Shown here in pieces: positions 35,927 to 49,943 of a stretch of DNA of 64,000 nt. Location of the stretch: assembly GCF_036321535.1 (NCBI RefSeq), contig NC_087442.1, positions 60,388,001 to 60,452,000 on the forward strand. The letters are read 5' to 3'. A program made the position numbers and the translations under genes. Within the stretch, counting starts at the first letter, position 1; each line of letters opens with the position of its first letter. Below the pieces are notes generated by a model, which worked only from the letters and a program-made list of their open reading frames with translations, was not told the DNA's origin and did not search any database. The stretch is from Camelus dromedarius. Its lineage: Eukaryota.

Positions 35927-37907
35927 CTGAACAAAGCAAATGTCAAAGCAAGGATAATCTGGATACTTCTATAGCAAAAAATCTCTGCTATTTTTATAGG
36001 ACATTTTAGATTAAATCCCATTGTTACATGTACTCAATCATCAAACACCCTGAGATGAGAAAAGCAAGTATTACTTTTGTCATTACATAGATTATTAATG
36101 GAAGCCTTGAAAAGTGAAATGGTTTGTTCTGAGTTTCTAGAGCCTGATACACCCCAATATGCATAGAAGTATAAAAGATGGTGTAAGTAAAAATATTCCT
36201 TATTGTTGAATTAATTTAAATCTCTCCAAAGAACAGAAAGGCAGCTTCTTGTGGTTTCTGCTCCCAGGGAAGCTTAGGAACAGATAGCTTACTAGTCCAA
36301 CCCCCTCATTTCTATAGAAAGTCAAGGCTGATCTTTTAGGTGAGGGGTCAAAGGTCATTTATTCACAATAACTGTCTGACCTTTAAACTAGTGCTTCATC
36401 TACTTTGCATGCCACCTTTAAAGTTCAAAACGATGCATAGTCATTATAAACTATCAATGTTCAAAATCTAAAGCATTCCAAAAGCATACAGCATTCAGCA
36501 AATGGAAATACAAGTTTTTATGCATGGTTTGCATAAATACATTGATAAGATAGATTACAAAGTAAAAAGTACTCAAAAACATTTCAAAATTAAGAATTCT
36601 ATTATCAATATGGATATAAAAAGTCACATTAAACTAATCTATGGATATTATCTATCAATAGAATATTGAGAAAAATACAAAGTACTGATTTATAGGATTT
36701 TCTAAATTAACTAACACATAAGCTTTGTTAAGCACTTACAATCACAGAGGAATTTTTTTCCATGATTGTAACCAACAATTAAAAAAAAATCTTCTATTCT
36801 TCCACTCTATGCCAAGAAACAATAGCAGTTTAAAACAGGACTGGGTTTTTACTGCATCTTTTAATGTTTTTGTGTTCAAGTTGTTTATTTACCAACCACT
36901 ACTCATTTAAAAATTATTATTCACAGAGCTTGGCTGACACCATGAATGATATACAGACATGTTTTGACTAAAGAGCTACAGAGTGATTAGCCGAGAATAC
37001 CTTTTAACCAAAATAGCCTTGCTAATTCATCTCCATTTAAAACACATGGAAAAACCAAAACAAGTATACAGTGTGAACAGGAAAACAGATTGTTAGTGGT
37101 GGGGGAGGAATTATGTCTCAATTTTTAGAAGACTATGAAAAAAGATACTGTTTTAAAAGTAATTCAAAAGATATTTTAAAATCTTTGAAGTTACATATTT
37201 GATAAAACCAGACACAATTCAAGAAATTTACAAGTATCCTATAGTTTACCAATTAAAAATGTCCTTTTGAATTTTGTATTATTTCATTTGTAAACTAAAA
37301 ATACATACAGCCATTTATCAACACCTGTGTTTTCCCACAAATTTAAATAATGTGAATTAAATTTGTCTAAAGATTTCTGGTTGCATCTGGTACCTAAAAT
37401 AAATTATTCATATGTTATATTAAATTTCATAATATTTAATTATTAGAAATTGGAAATGTTCTCCATGAAAAGTAATTAATGTGCTATGTTAAAATACACT
37501 GTTTCTAATGAGTAGTCTAAAAATAAATAAATGATTAAACTTATTTAAAATAAGATAAATCAAGAGAAAGATAAACTATAATAGCTTGTGCTTAAGGAAT
37601 TAGTGGATAAAATGTAATTCGGATGCCATTAAACACATTTACTTTTTGAGGAAAGCTCAGAGGAAACTGGCCACATATGTGCAAATATGTAAATCTGTAA
37701 TTGTAAGATATTGTGCTATTTTTACTGAGAGGTATGGTGGTGCAGACCCCCTCAAGGTATGCACTGGGAGGTTTTTCCAGTAACAGTGGAAATGAATCTC
37801 TCACATTTGTATTCTTTCCAGTGTACATAAATAAATCCTTTAGTCCTAGAGTTGAATTTATTTTAAGTTTAAAAAGTACAATTCAAACACCAGGTACTGG
37901 TGCTTAC

Positions 37908-37961
37908 CTTGGTCTTCAATTTTTGAATCTCTGCTTCTGTAACCGCATGTTTGATTTGCAA
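37908..37961 (-). CDS. PPP1R9A: Neurabin-1 exon B (54 nt, phase 0/0): LQIKHAVTEAEIQKLKTK, start of the coiled coil
   Basis: Acceptor catcttcag|TTG, donor AAG|gtaagc. Confidence 0.96.
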
Positions 37962-38732
37962 CTGAAGATGAAAAAGAAAGAGAAAAATCTGAACTAAGTG
38001 TATCTATATTTTTAAAGCCTAAGCAGCTAACAGAATGCCTTATTACACAGCTGAAAGCCTAGAAAAGTGCTGCAATGCAGCAGGTTGTAAATTAAAATGT
38101 CTAGTGTGTAAAACGACTCCTAGGTGCGAACTAATTAAACACAGGGTTTATGGCCCACACTCCCTAACATCAGATTAGGTTACGAATTTAATTGCTAAGG
38201 GACCAAAGAGAAGGAAATACATTTTCTTGCCCTCTTTGCAGCTCTTCCTTTATGATTTGAGTGTCAAGAATTGTTTCCTTGCAGTCTTGTGGATTCAACA
38301 GCTTCAGCAGGCAACTCAGCCTGTGGCTGTGGGAAGCTTCGATCCCGAACCTGGAAGAAAGGTGGCGCTCTGGTTCTGCGAGTTGCAGGCATCCTAGGCT
38401 GAGCAGCTCTTTCACAGCTCAGCCTGCTACAAAGCTGGAGATAAGGATGATGAGGTTCCACGGCGAAATCTGTAATTTTTTTTAATTGCAGGAAAAGTAC
38501 AGATCTAGATTTCTGTCCTTTAAAAGATCTACTCCTATTGAGGACCTGGACTGGACCCCCAAAAGTTTCCACTACAGTTTACTAGCCTGAAGCCACCATT
38601 TACATTTGTTTGTTTTGCTTCTCCCCTCCCCCCACTTTGTTTTCGCCACAAGGGAAGAGAACGAAGGAAACATGCATTCCTTAAGGGATAAATAAGTACA
38701 GCAAAATTCACGGAAAGCAATTTATGGGCTGA

Positions 38733-39041
38733 CAGTCACTATTCTAAAATCCTTAGGGCCAGATGTTTTTGGAATTCAGAGTTCTTCCAATTTCAGAAAC
38801 GTAGTAAGATGTATTTTTCCCTAAATTGCTTATTGCCCACAGCAGGGTTTGTGGAGGCACTCTGTAATCAAACACATGAATATTTCTGCCACCAAACATG
38901 TGACTATTCTCACTAAGAGAGGTGCATAAAGACTTTGGTCAGGTTTACCACCAAATGAGTTTGCCCCAAAATTATTTTAAAACAACTGTTTTCAGAGCAT
39001 TTTGGATTTAGGATTGTAAGAGGGACTGTAAATGTCCTATA
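38733..39041 (+). mobile_element. MER46C-like Tigger-derived MITE
   Basis: ccttagggccagatgtttttggaattcaga...gtaatcaaacacatgaatatttctgc...ggtcaggtttaccaccaaatgagtt...ttttcagagcattttggattt. Confidence 0.8.
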
Positions 39042-40261
39042 CTACTGTAATCAAATAACTCTAACTTTTTCTTATTGGAAAGACAGCTGATGGGAAGATA
39101 GAACTTTTGGAGATAACACCACCCCGAAAACCTCAGCTCGCTCTCTCTGGTTTGTAATCTCCATTTCCTTGGTTTTCACTTGGCCAGCAGGGGAAAATGG
39201 GAAAGACAAAGAGGGGAAGAAATTAGGATCAAGGACAGGTTCGTTCAACACCCTCAGATGCTGGTGGATAAAAGCCCAGAAACTGAGAGCCCCATGGTCC
39301 TCACAAAATGCCCCCTCGGTGATGCTGCAGCTCTCCTGTGAAGTTCAGGACTCTGCAGACTACACTGCTACACTTCTGCGGGGTGAGCTTGGAACTCTCA
39401 GATTTGCCCTTTATCTTGCTCTCCTGCTTCAGACCTGGTCACTCCCGCAGCCCTGCATGATGTGCGGCTCTTGTTCCCTTCACCGTCACTCTTCTAGGGC
39501 CTCCTGTGCTCTCGTGGTCTCTAGAGAGGAGGCACTCCTTGTGCAGCTGTCATTCTTCTGTGAGGCCACACAGGCAGTCCTGGCCCCCTCCGTCTCTCAC
39601 CACAGCCACAGTGGTACAATGTGCAACTTACCTGCCCTAAGAAGAGCACCCATGCCCCTGGCCAGCGCCACTCCAAGTTTATGGCATCTCCCTTCCGCCT
39701 CACTGCTGAGGCCTGTGCTCACCCAGAGCCCTGGTCTGGATGAATTTCTCGGGGCCTGACACTGCCAAGCAACCTAGGCTGACAGACTGGAATGCCCAAC
39801 TGTGGCACTGTGGACTCTTCAACTCTGGGCCCTACAGTGAACACACTATTGCAGAATCACAGATCCATACACTGCTAGACTCACTTCAGACATGGAAATC
39901 CAGGGCTCATAGATAAAATTTCCCTTGGAAAATAAGGATTAATTAAAAAGACATTTATTGAGAGCTGTCATGTACCAGACGCTGCGAAGATTAGCACTAG
40001 TAAACAGTAGTGCTAATCTCCCTACCAATATAAACAAACCAAAAATGGTAAAAGCATTTAGATGTTAGACATGATACATTACATACAGATATGATATAGA
40101 TGCACACACATATGGCTATAAAGAATTATTTTCCACGGACATCTTGCACACACTCAGGCATCCAGCAAATCCACATGCCTAGATGATTTTGGAGTATCTG
40201 TAACTGTTACTGACACCACTGACTCCTTGTTCTTTCTACCATGTGCCAAGTGTGCAGAGTA

Positions 40262-40475
40262 GTTAAGTTAGATGGCTGGAATTCATCTCAGGCCTACCAT
40301 GTACTAGCTATTTGAGTTGCGAAATTACTTAACTTCTTTTACCTTCACTTTCTTCACCTGTAAATATAGTTACTCTTAGTCATAATCTTCCTTACTGGAA
40401 AATTAAATGAGATACCCATGTAAAAACTTTTAGCACAGTGGCTAACATAGAATAAGTCCTCTGTAAAGTTAGCCA
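40262..40475 (+). mobile_element. MIR SINE
   Basis: ttacttaacttc...tttcttcacctgtaaa...aattaaatgagata...tagcacagtggctaacatag. Confidence 0.7.
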
Positions 40476-41329
40476 AGACTAAGAAAGACTGATTTGAAGA
40501 ACCCAGGTATGACTGCCCTAATTCCACTTCTCAGCTAAAAGTGCTGAATGCTATAAAATGTCACACCTGAAATAAAATGAACACCTCTGGTTCTATTTGA
40601 AGAGTAGCAAGAAATCAAAAGGGCAGATTTTATGATGAATACTGCAGCTAGGAGGAAGTGCCAGATTTTATTTTCTCAGTGGTTACCTCCCTGTAGGGTA
40701 ACCAACTAAACTGCAGTGCAACTTGCTGGGACTTTGGATTTTCTTTGCTCAGATCACTGTGCTCTCTAGCAAGCAACTTCTCTGGGCCCCCGTTTCCCAT
40801 ATGAAAAATGAGAGGCCTAGGTGGGAAGAGCTGCAAGGCCCTGCAAGTACTACAGGTGTGACATTCATGAAACGAGGAGCCCAGAGACGGTTGTCAGGGT
40901 TGCAGAGTCCAGAAATTCTTGTCCCAAGCCAGCATTTTCATTCCTATGAACGCACATACTAGATTTATCCACTGATATGCGGGACAAACGTAAGCGAAAC
41001 TGTGAAGCAGTCAATTTGATGTTCAGTTATTCCATCCCTCCCATCTCACCAAAATAGACAATAGAAGAGAGCTGACCTCATAAGCAGCGAGGTGAGAACA
41101 CTGATAAAAGCTTGGAATGTTACTAAGTACGGCCATATTCTTTAGACACAGGAAAGCAGAATGAAGTCTGTAAATTCAGACATGACTCAGAAGATGGACA
41201 AACGTTTTAGTGCAAGATTTTCCTTAGTACTCAGAAGACCTAAAATTACAGGTTCTTGATTATTTCAATCTTGCATGCACATTAAGAGAATGTCTACAAT
41301 CCATCATTATTAACAGGAAAAGCATCGAA

Positions 41330-42005
41330 AATAAACCAACTGAAGCCTTTTACTTTATATAGGAAGAAACGGTATTTCAGTAGCTTAAGATGTACAGCTA
41401 ATAAGTGCCAAAGCCAGGTTTTACAAATTCCAGTCCACAGTCCTTTCCACTAATACTAAATTTCTTACATTTGTAGGACCCTTTATCTTTTTTACCATCT
41501 CCTTCCTCATTGGAAATGAATCTGTGAGGGAGGCTGGACAGGCACTGTGTACCTCACTGTTCAAACAGGGAAACAGACTCAGAGAAGTTACATGGCTTCT
41601 TCAAGTCCCCAGCAGAAGCAGGTGGGTGGAGTGGGAAATTATCCCAGTTCTGACTCTACATGCCTCTGTTCCTCCCTTCACCATGCACCTAATCTGAACC
41701 AGCTTTGAGATACCTTTTTCATTTAATCATCACAAAAACCTTGAGGCATATGTCATCAACGTCACCTCCCAGAGGAGAAAGTACTACTCTGCCTGGAAAC
41801 CATGGATCACTTCTGGTAGTCTGAGTATTCTGCCACTACGTACAAAAGGGTGCTCAATCAGCCTCTGTTGTCACTCATGGAACTCAGGAAGAAGTCTCTC
41901 TCTCATTACTCAACCAGCATTTTCTGAATGAGACTATGTGCCAGGTGCCGTGCTAGTTGCTGAGGATACAGAACATGACATGGAATCTACCTTTAAAACA
42001 CTTAG
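41330..42005 (-). mobile_element. Cluster of MIR fragments and an L2 3' end
   Basis: gggaaacagactcagagaagtt; catttaatcatcacaaaaacctt; gcattttctgaatgagactatgtgccaggtgccgtgctag. Confidence 0.55.
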
Positions 42006-42970
42006 TACAGGGAGGCTAACATGACCTCCTGAGAGAAGGTCCCAGATCCCTGAGAGAAACCCGGAAGAAACGTCAGAGGACCCGGGGCTTTGGTCTACGT
42101 ATTGTCTCTCTAACCGCGGCCCCTACCTCCCAGGTGAAGTGGGCGCAATGACTTCCACGTCATGAGGAAGAGGAAACTGCTTTTCAAAGAGATGAAGTGA
42201 CTTGACAAAAGAAGTAGAGTCTGTAGAAAGTTGAATTTTCTTATTCTAGGGCAGTTCTCCTTCCAAAGTACATATAGGTCCAGGGGTTCGCACATAACCC
42301 CCGAGACTGGTCAGGCTGACTGCAGGGAGCGGGGGTCTACAGGACTGGTCAACAGAAACAGCCCGAGAGACCTGCTCGAACTTTTGGGCTTCAGAGAATC
42401 TATGTTTGGACGAAAGACTTGGGAAGGGAGGATATAAATGAAAAGAAAAAGTTAAGGATTGTAGGTCAGTGTCTTTTCACCTTATAAGACCAATCCCTTT
42501 CATCTCTTCTGTCATCTTTAACATGAATGCCATCGATATCCACCCCAGGGTCACAGCACAAATAAACACACGCACTCCTACGGGGAACAGGAGCTCGCCT
42601 GTAACATTCTGCAGGTGTACCTGCTGTGTTTATTTTCTGTTTATTTCTTTAAAAAAGATGAATACAGAACAAGTACTCATATTGCTGAATCAATATAATC
42701 CAAATATAACTGCACCAGAAATAGAAACATCCTTATGCATAAACATTGTAAGTCTGAACTTCTGCGCTCTCTTTATCTTGTACAAATATGGAAAACATTT
42801 TCTTTAAAAAGGGAGATGGTTATCTTTGCAGGAAAGATTTTAAGAGTGCTCTAGTACTATATATTTTACAATCAGTTAAGACTCTGTTCTCCGTTCTTCC
42901 TTTACAAGGGGAAAATAATTGATATTTGCATGCAACTTTATGAAGTAGTTTCAGCACTGGAATCAGAATT

Positions 42971-43012
42971 ATTCTTATTCTTATTCTTATTCTTATTCTT
43001 ATTCTTATTCTT
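42971..43012. repeat. (ATTCTT)7 hexanucleotide microsatellite
   Basis: Read directly; produces the IRIRIR ORF 42820..43098. Confidence 0.97.
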
Positions 43013-44249
43013 ATCTTTGTGATCATTTGACTGCAGTCTGTCTTACCCAGGACAGGGTAAGTTCTACAAAAGAAATCAGGGCTGCTTTTTGCCTCCACTT
43101 TGGTGCTGTTAAAATGAAGCTATGCCATATTGCTTTACCATTTCTGCTCAAAGCTTCAGATATGTGGCATCTGTCTTTACATTAACAAAAGTGGTTTTCT
43201 CAGGTACTAGTGTATGCGAAATTAGCTGAAATCAGCTGACTGAATGATATCATAATCTAATCTGAATGACAACACTGATTGCAGTATATGCAGCATAGGG
43301 TGAGATATCCCCCCAAAGGCCCTCTCTAAGTAGGTACTCATAAATTGTATTAATGATGAAGGTGCTGGACAGCCTGTAATTACAGTTCCTTTTTAATAAA
43401 TGTCTGTTTACTGTTAAGTATGTAACATTTTTTAGCTTCTCTACAGGTTAATGGAAAGTTCCATAAAGATAACTTTATTATCTAATGCATTAATAACTTT
43501 TTCTAGACTATTTTTCATAGATTCTCTATAACTTAGGTAAGTAAAAGGACATGATTTTTAGACTCTATTTTTCCCTCAAGACAAATATAGAACTATTTTT
43601 ACTGGGAGCTAATACCCATGGCTCCTCAGGAGGAAAAGTGGAGGGAAGCACTGGACAGGCCCTTCTGACTCAGCCTCTTCCTCTTCCCTATAAGTTTCCA
43701 GTGAAATCACTTCAAAAAGAAAAACTCACAACAAAACTGACACTGAAACTAAAAACAACTCTTACTAGAATATGAGAGACTCATGAAGTTGGATTAAGGA
43801 AAACCTATCCAAGCCTCACCCTAAAGACAGGGAGATGCTTTGTGCCCCTCTCACTGATTGCTTGAGATACAAAGTCTATCCAACAAGCAAGTTGGGTACC
43901 CTCTACTGTCTTTCCCGGGAGCTGTCCTTAGATCAGTTTCTCTAAATCTCGGTATTCTGTATTCATTCAGAAAGCAACTGCTAGATGAGGAAAAGAATGT
44001 AGGAAGGTGGCTGAGAGTAGCACGCTGCCTGCTTTCAGGGGCAGAACCCCAAAATATAGACCATGGTGGTCGCAGTAAGCTCTTTAAGAGCAGGGAATAG
44101 GCTTTTTTTCCTTCCCTTTAACTCAGAGAATTGAGGGACGAGATTTGGAAATATCTCACCTTAGTTTAGAGAACTACTTTAGATGACAGGCTGCCAGAAA
44201 GTAGTAACCAGGCTGGAAACTAGGCACACGGATATGTCCTCCTGATATG

Positions 44250-46330
44250 AAGGTCTAGAAATGGGATTCATAATTTTAAAAAGTGGCTAAATACACAAAA
44301 GTTCTTTGTCTCATTTCAAGGTAAATAAAGGAGACAGAGGCAAAACCGACCCTAAGTACTAAACACTTAAGATCAAGGAAAAGAGAATATCAACTAGAAA
44401 ATTCAAGTAAGTAAACCTGTGAAAATGATGTATCCCACAAACAAAAAGATATTTTAGGGCGTCTATATGGAATACCAGGATGAGGAAAAAGTGACGGAGC
44501 ACAAGAAACGAGTGGAGAGTAAGGAAACTACAAATGTAGTAGTAAGAGAACTAAGCCACGTCAGAGGTGCTAAAGAGCATACCCGAATTTGAAGTTAAAA
44601 GCATACATAATGCTACAGAAAACTGAATCACTGATACGAGAAGATCCATTTGAGAACAATCCCAGACATTAAAAAAAAAAAATACAAAAAAAGATAAGAA
44701 GATAATACTGAAGACAGTGTTTCTAGAAAAGAAACAGAAACCAAAAAAAATAACAAAAATTGAAGGAAATATTCATAGATCAAAATGAAAACAAAACACA
44801 AACATAAAACAAGGAACACAGATTAGAAGGGAAAAAAATGAATGAAAGGAGGCCTATTTCAAGAAGCTGTGACAAAAAATTTAAAGTACAAGGTTAAAGT
44901 TACACAAGCATCTGTCAGTTGTCATTAGACTTTTCCTTACAATATGCAATGTTAGCTCAAAACAACGAAGCTTGCCCTACAACATTTTCAGAGGAAAAGG
45001 TGAATCAAAATACTAAACCCAGCTAATAATCACCCCTGTGTCATAATAATTAGAACGTCCCATTCTCAGGATGGGAAGCTCATTAAAACTCTATCCTCCA
45101 TGAATACTTAATAAATTAGAAAGATTTAAAGATTATTAATAAATTAATTACTAATAAAATTAATGTAGTAAATTAATAATCTTTAAAAAGATTACTCTGA
45201 GAAATGAGAAAAAAATCCAGAACTTAAGAATTAATTAGCAAATTCTGGTCTAAAGGGGATAACAGTTGAAGCTGAGTAAATTGAGAATGTATCTATTTGT
45301 TGTATGTATTATTATAAAGCTAACAAAAATTTAAGTTTTTTAAACTGTGAGAAATTCTAACAACAATCTTGTCATAGAAACCAAGATTCTATCAAAACTT
45401 CTATATGGAACATTCAAATGGCATTGTTTTTGTTCGTAATTTTAAAAATTATAGAAATCATTAGATAACATTTTTTAAAAACTTGAAGATAATCCTTAGT
45501 AAAAACCAATAAACATAAAAAAGAAGCATAAAATAAGGTGAGATCAAGTATACCTTGAAAATTATACTGATAAATTTAAAGTGCTAAATTTTCTTATTAA
45601 AAGATGCAGACTGCAAGATGATACTTTAAAAATTTACAATAAAATAAAGTGCTACAATTATATTCATATTAAAAGGAAGTATACATGAATGTCCTAGTGT
45701 GTTTATCCAGCAACTATTTTAAAATGTAGCAGTTAGATTATTAACATTAGACAAAGCATACTTAAAGAATCTTTAAGTCATATTTTATGTACTTCCAACA
45801 TAATATTGAAATAGATAATCAAAGCTGTTAGACACAAAATATAATTAGGAGGTGCAATTTTACTAGATGGCTCTCAGTTTACTAGGTTAAATAGGAAAAA
45901 TGAATAAAGATACAGAAGGTACGAAACACATAATATCACTTTCATCATAATTAATTTATTAATCTACAATAAAAGCATTACTTAAAAAAACTCAACTTGA
46001 AAAGACATTATCTGACCACAATGTAATACAACATTAACAAAAGTTATAAATTAAAAACTGTTTCCTCAATTATTCAAGTCAAAGAGAAAACAAACAGTAA
46101 AAATTAAAAAAATATGGACTATTTGCAAAATGATGATAACAAGAAGCACATGGAAACTAAAATACATGGCCAAAGGTCTAATCAGGGAGAGTCATAGTTT
46201 TAAGTGCTTTTGTGTTTAAACAATAAAGTATTACAATAAATTAAGCATTTGCTGCAAGAATTTAAAATAAGACAAATCAAACATTCCTAAGGATTACAGG
46301 ATGATGGAATTAATAAAATAATAACGGTAG
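44250..46330 (+). mobile_element. Degraded old L1 (ORF1-like and endonuclease regions), fragmented
   Basis: Very A-rich; L1 EN-like text such as attatctgaccacaatgtaat and aaattttcttattaaaagatgcagactg. Confidence 0.55.
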
Positions 46331-47049
46331 AAATGACTGAATTAAGTAGGGAAAAACTTCCAGCTTAGTACCACTAACAGACTAACAAAAGCTATTTTCT
46401 GCCTCTCCTGAATTCAACTTTGGAGACTCCAAAAGAGAGAAAAAGGAGATGGAATTCAGGTTCTCATTCAATGATTAACAAAAAAGCCTGTGAGAAACTC
46501 TTCAGAGACAGAACACGAGTGTTTCCAGATATATTTAGAAAAAATGAGGATCTGAAGCAGGAAAATGTCAGCAACCAGGAATGAGAGACAGAAGGCTATT
46601 TAATTTTTAATATTTCACACGTGACCAAGGTAAGCCTGCATCTGTAGGTAAACCAAGGACAATCTATTCCACTGCCCCTAAATTTGGACATCCTGGCCAC
46701 TAGCTTAAACTTCGGTGCCCTGTGGTAAAGCAGCAACCCCAGAACGTTGGTGAATTCACATCAGGGCAGCACTAAAACCCCATTAAGACTTAGAAAGAAG
46801 TATAGTTCAGTTGGAATTAATTATTTTTTAAAAGGCATACCTACAAATACATTTAACTAGAACTCCTGAGATACAAAAAACTTGGAGAGGGGAAGAGAGG
46901 TAGATGAGAATATGCTGTGGCTACTATTTTGTTAAATGGTAAAGACATAGCTATTGACCTGCTTTCTATACTGCTGGGAGAAAATTTCCTAAGCCTGAAT
47001 CGAAGTTACTCGAGGGTAAGCTCTAGAAGAACAGAATAAAATTGTATAA

Positions 47050-49110
47050 CTTTTAAGCAGCAGATGAAATTTTGTTGTATTTAATGGCAAATAAGTAAAA
47101 TGATAAAAAAAAAGAAGAAGTATGGAAATTGTAAAATATGAAATAAGGTGGCAGATGTAAGTTCTAATATTAAAGTAAATATAAATGGTGCAAACTCACC
47201 AATTAACTGACAAATCCTCCCAGAACAGTATAAAAGTAAGACTTAAGAATAGACTGACTGAAGGAAAGAGATTTGTACAAAAGGATACAGAATGGCTAAA
47301 AACAAAGAGATAGAAGAAATAGATGCTGTGAAGCAAACATAAAGCAAAAGAAAGCCAGTGTTGAATTTTTACTATCAGACAAAATAGAATTTAGAGTAAA
47401 TGCATCCTAAGGAACAAGAGAGATGTTACAATAAATCAAGAAGTTGTAATAATCCTGAACATATATGCAGGTAATAACAAAGATTTAAAATATATAAAAC
47501 TACAACTGACAGAATTATAGGAAGAAAGGAATAACTGTAGCTTCCCATTTTAACATATGCTTTTCAGAATTAGTATATCAAGCAGACAAAATCTAAACCA
47601 TGCTACAGAGAAGACATGTGTGTTTGTAATATTAATCTTTTTTATATAAATTTAACACTCACAGAAATTTCATACCCAAGCACAGAATACCTGTGCTTTT
47701 TGCATACATGAGGGATACTTAAATACAACTGTTTATGAATTAAGCTACAAAAGAAGTCATGAGAATTCTAAATAGCTACCATATGTTTTCTGAACAGAGT
47801 GTGATAAAATTAGAACCTAAAAACAAAAGGAGAGCAAAATTAAGTTGATATGTTTGGAAAGTAAAATACACCACTAAATAATCCTTGTGTTAAAGAGGGA
47901 ATCCCAAAAGAAGTTTTGGCAGTGGCATTCTAAATGTAAAAAATTGTGACATGTAGCTAAAGCAATATTCAGAAAAAATTATAGCTTTAAATACACTTAT
48001 CAGAATGCAAAAGTTATCAAAAAAATGTACTAAGTGTAACTGATTAATACCAAAAAAGAAAAAGAAAAGGGGGGAAAATAAAGATATTGGTAGGAAATAA
48101 TAAAATAAGTATTTTTAATTCAAAAAGAAAAAACAGAAATGAAAGCTAACATGATATATAAAAATTCTGGAAAACACAACTAAGAAAAAATTGAAAATAC
48201 TCAAGGAAAAGAATAAAAAGGTAACTATAGATATTAAAGACTTCAGTATTTAAAAACTGTATCAAAAAATATAAGTTAATAAATATGAATGCCTAGAGGA
48301 AATAAATTTCTTGAGAAATGCGAAATACCAAAATTGGCCCAAGAAAAACTTGAAAACTTGGAAAGAGTAATAGCTATCAAAAAGTATTTAAAATCTTCCT
48401 CCACAAAGGTACAGATTTTTTAAGCTGAGTAATAATAAACTTTCAGGGAATAGAGATTTTGATCTTAAGCAAGTCATTAAGTCTCTTTTATAAGTCATTT
48501 CTGAAAATCAAAAAATAGACAAAACTTCTTTACTTATATTGGAGCTAATATAACTTTGTGGCAACTCTTGATTAATCCACTCTAGTTAAGATTTCCTATT
48601 ACTTACAGGTGAACACATATAATAGAGGGGATTATAAAATTTTAGAGAGGGTCAGAAAAGAAGACTTGAATTAAACAGATATATTCCATAAACTCAGATT
48701 ATGAGTCAATGTGATAAACATGCCAGTTTTCTGCAAGTTAATATACTAGTTTAATGTAATTACAAAAATGCAAATACTTTTTTTCAGGGAATTAAAGTGA
48801 TTCAAATGTTTTCTTGAACAAGTTGAAAAGTAAAGGAATTTCTGAAGAGAAGAGTTAGAAGGATCTGATTTATTCCACCAATGTTTTATATATATTCTAA
48901 CAATACTGCACCAAAGAATGAGAAAAGGAACAGAATATGAAGGCCAGGAGCAGTCCAGAGTGTAATGACACAAATACTGTAGGTAATAATGCCACCTCAA
49001 CCAGACGGAAGGGGTAAATGAGCATTTAATAAAAGTGTTAGCCATCTTGGCAACCACTTAGGAAAATTAAATTAGGTAGCTGGCTTGTATTATACAACAA
49101 ATTCCAGGAT
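47050..49110 (+). mobile_element. Old L1 ORF2 (endonuclease to RT region), degraded
   Basis: taaatataaatggtgcaaactcaccaatta, ctatcagacaaaatagaattt, taatcctgaacatatatgca, ataccaaaattggcccaagaa. Confidence 0.7.
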
Positions 49111-49723
49111 ATGCTTGATACCATTCACTCACCAAAGATTTAACTACTAACTGTATACCAAGAACTGTGCAGCCCATGGATACAATATTCAGCAAATACA
49201 GAAGAGCTTAGAGTCTAGTAGCTACATAAAATATAAAGATACATAATAGTATAGCAAGTACTTTTACTTGAAATAAGATATTTATGAGAAGCCTCTGTAA
49301 TACAAGACTTTCTACACAGTCCAAAACAAAATCATCTTCCACTTTCACTCCAGGTTTTGTGCATAATCCTGTGAAAAATATCTAGCACTATACAGTATCT
49401 GGGCATGTATGCTAATCACATGAACAAATTGCTTGTACACTGATGGTGACAGAGTACAAGACATAAATGCTGTGACAGAGTGCCACACAGTTGATAAGCA
49501 GTGGCAATCTCCTAAAGAAATGAATATGTTCGTATGTTAAATACAAAATAAAGGAGAATAAAAGAATTAGAAGAGAAATGGTGTGGTATTTACCTGCTTT
49601 AGAGGTGGTGACAAACTGTCAGTTCTTAAGAGCCAAAATTAAAACAACAGATTTGGTTACTCAGGCTAAAAAGCAATGAGAAATGATATACAGAAAGGGT
49701 CCAGATCATGCAGCAGCCTATAC

Positions 49724-49943
49724 CAAGGTCAGCAACCATTTACTGTAAAAGACTAGACAGCAAATAATTTAGGATTTGGAGGCCATATGATCTCTGTGCA
49801 ACTACTCTACTGCTGTAGCATGAAAGAAGCCACAAACAATAAATAAATGGATGTCCATGGCTATGTGTGAATAAAACTTTATTTACCAAAAAAAAGGGCA
49901 GTAGGCCAGATTTGGCCAGTGGGCCATAGTTTGCCAACCCCTG
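49724..49943 (-). mobile_element. MER58A hAT-Charlie MITE, full length
   Basis: TIRs caaggtcagcaacc / gtttgccaacccctg; internal ataaaactttattt and ggccagatttggccagtgggccatag. Confidence 0.9.

Noticed and set aside
42820-43098. ORF with IRIRIR run
   Set aside because: It is a translation of (ATTCTT)7.
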